DNA of 63,901 nt, filler included, from Octopus bimaculoides (Eukaryota): the NCBI RefSeq assembly GCF_001194135.2. It is 6 parts of 6 records of this genome, joined end to end, with 100 filler letters (N's around TTAATTAATTAA, not from the genome) between each part and the next. Parts side by side here need not be neighbours in the genome. Positions count along the whole stretch, not along the records: positions 48,098 to 53,710 come from NC_068990.1; positions 53,811 to 55,644 come from NW_026436941.1; positions 55,745 to 62,344 come from NC_069007.1; positions 62,445 to 63,901 come from NC_068992.1; 2 more parts are not named here. The stretch is one strand, 5' to 3'. The notes under the pieces are model-generated. The model was not told where the DNA came from. It saw only the letters and a program-made list of their open reading frames with translations, and did not search any database. Positions within the stretch are counted from its first letter, which is position 1. Each line of letters starts with the position of its first letter. Position numbers and translations under genes: made by a program. Shown in pieces: positions 51,721-62,532 of this stretch.

Positions 51721-53657
51721 CTGTCATTCTAATAGTATATTGTTATATAAGTTTTCAATCCTGAAATGCCTGTTTCGTTGTATATGTTATAAATGGAGGA
51801 GTCACGGTTGTTGTAAAGATTGTTGGTATGAAAGACTGAAACATATTCAGAGCTGTCGTGCCACTTCTTTCTATTATTGTCGTTAATATGCTGATAAAGA
51901 GCACTCATTCTCAACGTACACCTTATCATTTCGAACTCAGACACACAGACGGATATGAATCTAAGTGTAGATATGCAAACACATAAATATTATCTGTTCC
52001 TTCTATATTACAGAAAAAATAGAAAGACCCATCAGGAACAACCTTAATCGACTTTCATCCTTATTATGTTTTCATAAGCTGAGTGAATATCACTGAGTTA
52101 AACTCAGTTAAACAAATTGACATTTTTTTTGTATACACAACTTAGTTACTGCTTCTGAGAACCAGATCTATTAATTTGCATATATATNNNNNNNNNNNNN
52201 NNNNNNNNNNNNNNNNNNNNNNNNNNNNNNNNNNNNNNNNNNNNNNNNNNNNNNNNNNNNNNNNNNNNNNNNNNNNNNNNNNNNNNNNNNNNNNNNNNNN
52301 NNNNNNNNNNNNNNNNNNNNNNNNNNNNNNNNNNNNNNNNNNNNNNNNNNNNNNNNNNNNNNNNNNNNNNNNNNNNNNNNNNNNNNNNNNNNNNNNNNNN
52401 NNNNNNNNNNNNNNNNNNNNNNNNNNNNNNNNNNNNNNNNNNNNNNNNNNNNNNNNNNNNNNNNNNNNNNNNNNNNNNNNNNNNNNNNNNNNNNNNNNNN
52501 NNNNNNNNNNNNNNNNNNNNNNNNNNNNNNNNNNNNNNNNNNNNNNNNNNNNNNNNNNNNNNNNNNNNNNNNNNNNNNNNNNNNNNNNNNNNNNNNNNNN
52601 NNNNNNNNNNNNNNNNNNNNNNNNNNNNNNNNNNNNNNNNNNNNNNNNNNNNNNNNNNNNNNNNNNNNNNNNNNNNNNNNNNNNNNNNNNNNNNNNNNNN
52701 NNNNNNNNNNNNNNNNNNNNNNNNNNNNNNNNNNNNNNNNNNNNNNNNNNNNNNNNNNNNNNNNNNNNNNNNNNNNNNNNNNNNNNNNNNNNNNNNNNNN
52801 NNNNNNNNNNNNNNNNNNNNNNNNNNNNNNNNNNNNNNNNNNNNNNNNNNNNNNNNNNNNNNNNNNNNNNNNNNNNNNNNNNNNNNNNNNNNNNNNNNNN
52901 NNNNNNNNNNNNNNNNNNNNNNNNNNNNNNNNNNNNNNNNNNNNNNNNNNNNNNNNNNNNNNNNNNNNNNNNNNNNNNNNNNNNNNNNNNNNNNNNNNNN
53001 NNNNNNNNNNNNNNNNNNNNNNNNNNNNNNNNNNNNNNNNNNNNNNNNNNNNNNNNNNNNNNNNNNNNNNNNNNNNNNNNNNNNNNNNNNNNNNNNNTAT
53101 ATATATGTATATATACACACACATATGCATATATGTGTGTTTGTGTGTGTATATGTGTGTGCGAGCGCGTGCTTTTCTAGGTATGTATTTATATAGTGTA
53201 ATGTATTGTAACCGAATGAGATTGGGGGAAATACATGCTTTGTACAGTTTTATGAGATTAACTTTTACAATGCATTCATCGAATCTATAGCTAAGGTACA
53301 TCTGGTTCAGGTAGTATAGTGTATGTGTGGCTCGTTTAGTTTTATGTGTTATTGTGCGATTTTATTTGTTGGGGTGCGGCTTTTGTTTCTTTAGAATTTT
53401 TTGTAGTTTTTCGTAGTTTTTATCGTATCTTTTCGAAGATTCTTTGTTGACAAGTGTTTGTTTAATTCTTTGNNNNNNNNNNTTGTTTAATTCTTTGTAT
53501 TTATTGTTGTAAAATGTCTTTTGTGAATAACAATTTAAAGGCTTTTTTTTTTCTGAGAAGCGATTTTACTGCTGACAATTTATATCAATGTGAACACTCC
53601 CTATACATATATTCATGGATGTATACGCACACACACACATAAATACATACAAAAATG

Positions 53658-53710
<53 letters not shown>

Positions 53711-53810
53711 NNNNNNNNNNNNNNNNNNNNNNNNNNNNNNNNNNNNNNNNNNNNTTAATTAATTAANNNNNNNNNNNNNNNNNNNNNNNNNNNNNNNNNN
53801 NNNNNNNNNN

Positions 53811-53841
<31 letters not shown>

Positions 53842-54551
53842 GAGAGAGAGAGAGAGATACAAAAAGAAAGACAGACAAAGTGAGACAGACAGAGGCATAG
53901 ATTATACAAATCTCTATAAAATATCTCATACGAAAATTTAATAATTATCTCGAACTATGTTCTATAATCTAGAAATTTACGTGTTTATTTTGAGCGATGA
54001 ATCATTTGCTTCTTCGTCCCTGGTAATATGGTTATAGTACAACTTTCGGAGTTCTCTGCTTACTTAGAGCAAGACTATGTGATTCAGGTTAACATTACAG
54101 TTTGCCATCAGAATATAAATTTTGCTGTAGCCATGCATTACATACATACATTGTGCAAAATTACATTCATGCATGAATGCATACACACACGCACACATTT
54201 ATATATATATCACATTAACTTCAACGGTTTGCCTTTCTTTTGATATTCCAATGTCGTGTGAGATAGCTGGACATGGTGATATAGCACTAGTCTCACCGCA
54301 TAGACATACAGGCAACACAAACTTATACAGTCATATATTCACACACACGCATATATATATGTACGCATATACATACTTACATGCATATATATTCAATATA
54401 TATGTATACATATGCATATATACATGTAATATATATATGTATATGTACACATACACACACATATTACATGTATATATGCATATGTATATGTATATGTATA
54501 TGTGTATATACATGTGTGTGTATATATATATTTAATATAAGTGCACATATA

Positions 54552-55330
54552 CAGGGTGTGTAAGATATTTGAAAACAGATTTATGCTTATAAAAAAACAG
54601 CTATATAATAACAGATAATAACTTTATCAAAAAATGCTATGAGGATAAAAANNNNNNNNNNNNNNNNNNNNNNNNNNNNNNNNNNNNNNNNNNNNNNNNN
54701 NNNNNNNNNNNNNNNNNNNNNNNNNNNNNNNNNNNNNNNNNNNNNNNNNNNTCGAATCAAGTGTTCCTGCTTCGTTTTGGACATTACTCTGACTATGGCA
54801 GATTTCAAAGAATATTTGGTGTTATGGGCGTCTTAATTGACCTCTCTCTCAACAATGCTCCACATGTAATAGTCCAATGGATTAANNNNNNNNNNTCTCT
54901 CTCAACAATGCTCCACATGTAATAGTCCAATGGATTAAGATCTGACGAATTAGGAGGCCAAATGTTAGGGGTTATGTGATCATGAAAATTTTTTCAGCCA
55001 TCCATTCCTGTGTTACTAGAGCCATGTGTGATAGTGTAGANNNNNNNNNNAGCCATCCATTCCTGTGTTACTAGAGCCATGTGTGATAGTGTAGAGTCTT
55101 GACGAAACACATATGGTCTTCCATTGCATACACTTACTTTCCAGGGCTTAACAGCTATTTCCAGAACCTCAATGTAGGCGGCAGAGTTATCTCTAAGGCC
55201 TTGTGGAAAGATGTAAGGAGGCATCACATGTCTTTCATTGCTGACAACCCCTAAAACCATGANNNNNNNNNNAGGCATCACATGTCTTTCATTGCTGACA
55301 ACCCCTAAAACCATGACAGTTATAGGAAAG
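54552..55330 (-). mobile_element. Tc1/mariner superfamily transposase relic, DD37D (maT)-like
   Basis: HVMPPYIFPQGL...PYVFRQDSTLSHMALVTQEWMA..WPPNSSDLNPLDYYMWSIVE. There are 37 residues between the two visible aspartates after repairing a 2-nt insertion. End is TA-CAGGGTGT at 54550-54559. Confidence 0.8.
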
Positions 55331-56174
55331 AAGTAAAGGAAATAAAAGAAAAAGAATAAGAAAAGTAGAGAGAGGTGGGAAAATAGATAGAGGTAGAGAG
55401 AGTGAAATGCTTGGCATTCCTATAAGTATCTAACGAAAGTTAGATACTTCGTTCAGCTTGCTAAACGCACACATAAAACAGCATGCATATCTCCCTAAAT
55501 AGAAACATACATAGAAATACACACACATATATAGACACGCATACAAATATACATATATACAAATATATTACAAATTAAAAGGGTAAAGGTTTATCATTTC
55601 TGAACTTCGGTATATGGTGAAGCAAATATTTGCTGATCCCTTAANNNNNNNNNNNNNNNNNNNNNNNNNNNNNNNNNNNNNNNNNNNNTTAATTAATTAA
55701 NNNNNNNNNNNNNNNNNNNNNNNNNNNNNNNNNNNNNNNNNNNNGGGAGTGAGCTTATGTGCAACGCAAACATTTACTCTTTTACTCTTTTACTTGTTTC
55801 AGTCATTTGGCTGCAGCCATGCTGGAGCACCGCCTTTAGTCGAGGAAATTGACCCCAGGACTTATTCTTTGGAAGCCTAGTACTTATTCTATCGGTCTCT
55901 TTTTGCCGAACCGCTAAGTTACGGGGACGTAAACACACCAGCATCTGTTGTCGAACGATGGTGGGAGGACAAACACAGACACACAAACACGCATACATAT
56001 ATATATATATACATATATACGACGGGCTTCTTTCAGTTTCCGTCTACCAAATCCACTCACAAGGTTTTGGTTGGCCTGAGGCTATAGTAGAAGACACTTG
56101 CCCAAAGTGCCACACAGAGGGACTGAAGCCGGAACCATGTGGTTGGTAAGCAAGCTACTTACCACACAGCCACT

Positions 56175-56428
56175 ATTTGATCACTAATCACTATAAACAG
56201 ATAATCTGTTTGGTTGTTCAGCAAGAAATTGCAGAACACTTATAACGTCATCTAACAACAGGAGAATCCATGGTGTGCCCACACACACACACACACACAC
56301 ACTCTCTTCCTTGCTGCCAATATATATATGTGTGTGTCATGGATTATCCTGTTGTTACAGAACATTATGAGTGTTCTGCAACTTCTTGCTGAACAACCAA
56401 ACATATGATTTGTTTGTAGTGATCAAAT
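56175..56428. repeat. Inverted repeat with about 95-bp arms
   Basis: 56175-56272 pairs with 56338-56428 (GTTTGGTTGTTCAGCAAGAA / TTCTTGCTGAACAACCAAAC). The arms are tails of a SINE family also seen at about 58125-58400. Confidence 0.88.
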
Positions 56429-57104
56429 GTTTGCCTTGCAAATAAAGCTCACTCCCTCCATCAAATTGACATTACCTGTACAGGTGCATGACGTGCCACA
56501 TGTCAGGTGATGACATGATAGCAGAGCAATGTGAAATGTAGTATTTTGCTCAGGACCACCATACAACATCCAGTCCAGGAATCAAAACCACAATTATGAG
56601 TGCAACACCCAAACCATTAAGCCATGTGCCTTCACATATACTCTTTACTCTTTTACTTGTTTCAACCATTTGACTGTGGCCATGCTGGAGCACCGCCTTT
56701 AGTCGAGCAAATCGACCCCATGACTTATTCTTTGTAAGCCTAGTACTTATTCTATCGGTCCGTTTTGCTGAACCGCTAAGTTACGAGGATGTAAACACAC
56801 CACCATCGGTTGTCAAGCGATGTTGGGGGGACAAACACAGACACACAAACATATGCACACACATACATATATATACATGCATATATACGACGGGCTTCTT
56901 TCAGTTTCCATCTACCAAATCCACTCACAAGGCTATAGTAGAAGACACTTGCCCAAGGTGCCATGCAGTGGGACTGAACCCGGAACCATGTGGTTCATAA
57001 GCAAACTACTTACCNNNNNNNNNNNNNNNNNNNNNNNNNNNNNNNNNNNNNNNNNNNNNNNNNNNNNNNNNNNNNNNNNNNNNNNNNNNNNNNNNNNNNN
57101 NNNN

Positions 57105-57143
<39 letters not shown>

Positions 57144-57725
57144 TTTCTTAAGAAAAAAGACAGATTGCCAGATGACTTGACCAACCCAAGTAACACTTCT
57201 TTTCATCAATAAAAAATCATGTGTGAAACAGCTGTAGTGAACCATAATCCAACTGTTACTATTTTTTATTCTTCACCTATAAGGTGGCCAGCTAGCAGAA
57301 TTGTTAGCTCACTGGACAAAATGCTTAGTGGTATTTCACCCATTGCTATGTTCTGAGTTCAAATTCTGCTGAGGTCGACTGTCTTTCAGCATTTTGGGGT
57401 CGATAAAATAAATACCGGTGGAAGACTGGGATCAATGTAATTGACTCATCCCCTCCCCCAAAATAGTTGCCCTTGTGGCAACATTTGAAACCATTATTTA
57501 CGTTTCACCTAACTCAGAACCTCTTAATTCATTTGCATCTGGAGTCTGTAGAGGGTGGTGCAATAAGTGCAGTGAGTGTACCCATGTGTGACCTTGATGA
57601 CTTGTGTATTCAGTCAGGTACTTGTGAATGCATGCATGACTGCAGAACAAATCCATGTATTTCACTAAAATTATTGTATGTTTACAAGAGCTTGACAGGC
57701 ATCTTCGACTAACAGGTTATGCTAC

Positions 57726-57768
57726 TCCAGACTGATGACGAGCAAAGACTCAGAAACATGTCTCTGGA
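57726..57768 (+). ncRNA. Minimal type I hammerhead ribozyme candidate
   Basis: TCCAGA-CTGATGA-cGAGcaaagaCTCa-GAAAC-AT-GTC-TCTGGA. Perfect 6-bp helix I, full catalytic core, palindromic ACATGT helix III, GUC cleavage triplet at 57760-57762. Confidence 0.75.
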
Positions 57769-58407
57769 TGCAGGCTTAGCTGGGTGGAGGTGCTTGTCTC
57801 CCCCTTGTAAACATAAGGACACAGGAAATGTGTCAAGGCCGACAGGAGGCAGTGCAGCTTCCTAGGTCTAACCAACAGTAGTATTATTCCCTTCAGGGGA
57901 CTGTCACATTAAGTTGACAGCATACAACTACTTCATCATATCACTACTGTATAAATCTCTCTCAGAGATTTGGAAATGTATTATTTTTAAATCCATGTTT
58001 ACTTTTGTGAATATGTACTTGTTGTAATACATTGTTTGTACCATCATACTATCACCAACCCTCTTTTAGTGCCTTCACTATTCAAATACCTGGTTTTCTT
58101 GAAGCCTGGAAGTTTTATATTGGCTCAGTGGTTTGGGTGTTTGCACTTATGATTGCAAGATCAAGGTTTTGATTCCCAGACCGAGTGTTGTGTTGTGTTC
58201 TTGAGCAAAGTACTTCATTTCATGTTGCTCTGCGATCATTTCAACATCAGACATACAGCATCTAGTTGCACCTGTACAGGTAATGTCGATTTGATGCAGG
58301 GACTGAACTTATGTCTACACAAACATTTGATCACCATAAACAAATCATCTGGTTGCTAAGTAAGAAATTGTCAAACCCTCATATGTTGTCTAACAATAGG
58401 AAAGTTC

Positions 58408-58442
<35 letters not shown>

Positions 58443-59503
58443 AACACATGGTTCTGGGTTCAGTCCCACTGTGTGGCGCTTTGGGCAAGTATTCTTCTAC
58501 TATAGCCTTGAGCTGGCCAAAGCCTAGTGNNNNNNNNNNNNNNNNNNNNNNNNNNNNNNNNNNNNNNNNNNNNNNNNNNNNNNNNNNNNNNNNNNNNNNN
58601 NNNNNNNNNNNNNNNNNNNNNNNNNNNNNNNNNNNNNNNNNNNNNNNNNNNNNNNNNNNNNNNNNNNNNNNNNNNNNNNNNNNNNNNNNNNNNNNNNNNN
58701 NNNNNNNNNNNNNNNNNNNNNNNNNNNNNNNNNNNNNNNNNNNNNNNNNNNNNNNNNNNNNNNNNNNNNNNNNNNNNNNNNNNNNNNNNNNNNNNNNNNN
58801 NNNNNNNNNNNNNNNNNNNNNNNNNNNNNNNNNNNNNNNNNNNNNNNNNNNNNNNNNNNNNNNNNNNNNNNNNNNNNNNNNNNNNNNNNNNNNNNNNNNN
58901 NNNNNNNNNNNNNNNNNNNNNNNNNNNNNNNNNNNNNNNNNNNNNNNNNNNNNNNNNNNNNNNNNNATAAGCACTAGGCTTACAAAGAATAAGTCCTGGG
59001 GGTCGATTTGTTCAACTAAATGTGGTGCTCCAGCATGGCCGCATTCAAATGACTGAAACAAGCAAAAGAATAAAAGAATATATATTCTTTTATTCTTTTA
59101 CTCTTTTATTTGTTTCAGTCATTTTACTACAACCATGCTGGAGCACCACCTTGCGGGGTTTTAGTTGAACAAGCTGGCCCCAAGTTATTTTACTGAACCG
59201 CTAAGTTATGGGAACATAAACACACCAACACCAGTTGTGAAGCAGTGATGGTGGGGGGACAAATACAGGCACATAGACATGTGCCTGCACACACACACAC
59301 ATTTACGTGATGGGCTTCTTTCAATTTCTGTCTACCAAATCCACTCACAAAGCTTTGGTCAGCCCGAGGCTACAGCAGAAGACACTTGCCCAATGTGCCA
59401 TATAGTGGGACTGAACTTGGAACCATGTGCTTGAGAAGCAAACTTTTTACCACACAACCTCGTCTATGCTTATATATGTGTATTTTCTTATTTTTTATAT
59501 ATA

Positions 59504-59644
59504 CAGGGTGTCCACAAAGTCTGGGTACATGGGGATTAACACACTTTTAAAACAAAACAGTTTTATTTAATTATAATGTTAATATTTAATTGTTTATGTC
59601 ATGATTTTATTTACTCCATGTACCCAGACTTTGTGGACACCCTG
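59504..59644. mobile_element. Tc1/mariner-type MITE (141 bp) with perfect 29-bp TIRs and TA TSD
   Basis: TA CAGGGTGTCCACAAAGTCTGGGTACATGG ... CCATGTACCCAGACTTTGTGGACACCCTG TA. Confidence 0.93.
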
Positions 59645-59675
59645 TATATATTTTTCTTATTTTTCATAAACCCAG

Positions 59676-60064
59676 GTGATTGGGCCACAGCAAAAGAACT
59701 GGAAGAATTCTATGGTGATGTGGAAGCAGTGGAGTTTATCGTTGGTGTGCTCTGTGCTCGCAGAGCTCCTCATGCCATGTTCAACCTGATGGTACAAGAG
59801 GCCGGCGCACTGCTCTCCTTACAGAGCCTCCAGTCCAGTCTCTTGTACATGAAGGCCAGAGGACTGTTAGACAACTACGGCAGTATCATTGTCAACAATA
59901 TAGTGAGTATGGCCAGTTACGAAAACTTGATCTGCAGCAACATCAAACAGCCGTGTCCGTCAGTCACTCTGTTTGTCCCTTGGTGGGATCACTATTACGA
60001 AGAGTCTTTTAATTTGGCTGAATGGGATGCTGAAGAAAAAGGCTGCGAGTTGAGCGAATTCTGA
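59676..60064 (+). CDS. PTGS-like: Cyclooxygenase / prostaglandin-endoperoxide synthase-like terminal exon (divergent)
   Basis: Pyrimidine tract plus cAG, phase 1 start. GDWATAKELEEFYGDVEAVEF..F.....E.GA..SL..L...LICSNIK.PCP.....VP aligns by eye to the vertebrate COX last exon (GEKEMSAELEALYGDIDAVE...GAPFSLKGL...LICNNVKGCP). Open for 129 codons and ends LSEF-stop. Confidence 0.8.
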
Positions 60065-60134
60065 AATGTCTTGTTCATCACTGTTTCATATACGCGTGTG
60101 TATGTATGTATACATATGAGTTTGTGTGTGTGTG

Positions 60135-60199
<65 letters not shown>

Positions 60200-60477
60200 G
60201 TATATATATATAAGTATGTACACATATATGTATGTATGCATATTTGGTAAAATAGGAAAATAGAATTCTCCAGACAATTGTTTTTTAATAGGCTCACATT
60301 TTTTAATAGGCTCAGGTAATGTATGGTAAGAAGCTTGCTTCTCAACCACATGGATCTGGGTTCAGTCCCACTGCATGGTACCTTCGGTAAGTGTCTTCTA
60401 CTGTAGGCTCAAGCCGACCAAAGCCTTGTGAGTGAATTTAGTAGATGAAAACTGAGAGAAGCCCATTGTATATATAT

Positions 60478-61545
60478 CATCATCATCATCATCATCGGTT
60501 AACGTCCGCCTTCCATGCTTGCATGGGTTGGACGATTTGACTGAGGAGTGGTGAACCAGATGGCTGCACCAGGCTCCAATCTGATCTGGCAGAGTTTCTA
60601 CAGCTGGATGCCCTTCCTAATGCCAACCAATCCNNNNNNNNNNNNNNNNNNNNNNNNNNNNNNNNNNNNNNNNNNNNNNNNNNNNNNNNNNNNNNNNNNN
60701 NNNNNNNNNNNNNNNNNNNNNNNNNNNNNNNNNNNNNNNNNNNNNNNNNNNNNNNNNNNNNNNNNNNNNNNNNNNNNNNNNNNNNNNNNNNNNNNNNNNN
60801 NNNNNNNNNNNNNNNNNNNNNNNNNNNNNNNNNNNNNNNNNNNNNNNNNNNNNNNNNNNNNNNNNNNNNNNNNNNNNNNNNNNNNNNNNNNNNNNNNNNN
60901 NNNNNNNNNNNNNNNNNNNNNNNNNNNNNNNNNNNNNNNNNNNNNNNNNNNNNNNNNNNNNNNNNNNNNNNNNNNNNNNNNNNNNNNNNNNNNNNNNNNN
61001 NNNNNNNNNNNNNNNNNNNNNNNNNNNNNNNNNNNNNNNNNNNNNNNNNNNNNNNNNNNNNNNNNNNNNNNNNNNNNNNNNNNNNNNNNNNNNNNNNNNN
61101 NNNNNNNNNNNNNNNNNNNNNNNNNNNNNNNNNNNNNNNNNNNNNNNNNNNNNNNNNNNNNNNNNNNNNNNNNNNNNNNNNNNNNNNNNNNNNNNNNNNN
61201 NNNNNNNNNNNNNNNNNNNNNNNNNNNNNNNNNNNNNNNNNNNNCCTCACCACCTCATCCCAGGTCTTCCTGGGCCTACCTCCTCCACAGGTACCCTCAA
61301 CTTCTAGGCTGTGGCACTTTTTCACACAGCTATCCTCATCTATTCTCGCCACATGTCCATACCAATGCAATCGTCTCTCTTGCACACCACAACTGATGCT
61401 TCTTAGGTCCAACTTTTCTCTCAAGGTACTTACACTCTGTCTAGTATGCACACTGACATTACACATCCATCGGAGCATACTGGCTTCATTCCTTGCGAGC
61501 TTACGCATGTCCTCAGCAGTCACAGCCCATGTTTCACTGCCTTGT
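60478..61545 (-). mobile_element. RTE LINE 3' fragment with (GAT)n tail
   Basis: ETWAVTAEDMRKLARNEASMLRWMC...RRLHWYGHVAR...GRPRKTWDEVV is the RTE C-terminus; interrupted by an N gap. Confidence 0.88.
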
Positions 61546-62277
61546 CCCTCCACCATTGCTTGACAACTGATGCTGGTGTGTTTATGTCCCCATAAGTTAG
61601 TTGTTCAGCAAAAAGAGACCGATAGAATATGTACTAGGCTTACAAAGAATAANNNNNNNNNNTATATACGACGGGCTTCTTTCAGTTCCCATCTACCAAA
61701 TCCACTCACAAGTTTTGGGTTGGCCCAAGACTATAGTAGAAAAGACCAAGGTGCTACACAGTGGGACTGAACCCAGGACTATGTGGTTGGGAAGCAAGCA
61801 TCTTACTACAATGCCACACCTGCACCTATACACACACAGACACACACACACACACACATACAGTAGTAATAGGGATTCAAAGAATCAGACAAATCTTACA
61901 TTAAGCTCTCCTCAAAGTGCATGGCTATCAAGAATCGTAGTGATTATAATATGGTGGTCACAATTGAATGACTGTTGGTCAGGGCTGACTAGTTTCAAAC
62001 AACAACTTCATCCAAAATATAAAATTCATAAAGGTTCACATACACAAAACATAGGCTATACAATCAAAAACTCATACACACACAGCTATATATATATACA
62101 GATATAGGGCAGAGAATCGTCAATTAGTAATAAAATTAATAATTAACAATTTTGCCAAGTAGTTCAGTATGAAAAAACACTAGCCGATAAATTTGTAAGT
62201 GCCTGCCTCACGTGGTCTTGATGTCGCATGGTCAAAATTCACATGAGTTTATTAGACACTTTTGAATTTATTAGAAT

Positions 62278-62340
62278 ATTGAGGCTGAAGAGCGGAATAG
62301 CGTAACTTCATACCCTTAACCGTGAAACGTCGTACCCAAT
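62278..62340 (+). ncRNA. Type I hammerhead ribozyme candidate
   Basis: ATTGaGG-CTGAAGA-GCGG(24-nt loop)CCGT-GAAAC-GTC-GTA-CCCAAT. Helix I is 6 bp with one bulge, helix II is 4 bp, and the GUA triplet is at 62332-62334. Confidence 0.6.
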
Positions 62341-62490
62341 TAACNNNNNNNNNNNNNNNNNNNNNNNNNNNNNNNNNNNNNNNNNNNNTTAATTAATTAA
62401 NNNNNNNNNNNNNNNNNNNNNNNNNNNNNNNNNNNNNNNNNNNNATATATATACACACACATACGCGCACACATACACATATACTCAGAC

Positions 62491-62532
<42 letters not shown>

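Noticed and set aside
52142-53301. Long ORFs of 200-445 aa in the ORF track (also 8614-9346, 12965-13504, 25645-26529, 31814-33151, 58390-59061)
   Set aside because: Composed of N runs and dinucleotide repeats; no coding evidence.
50189-55300. Short exact duplications around 10-N gaps (50211, 53473, 54886, 55041, 55263)
   Set aside because: Negative-gap assembly artefacts. They also inflate the transposase ORF.
57467-57712. Cys-rich ORF (CDLDDLC..CECMHDCRTNPC) as a possible COX EGF exon
   Set aside because: Cys spacing does not match the COX EGF domain, there are no splice signals, and it is in the wrong position relative to the terminal exon.
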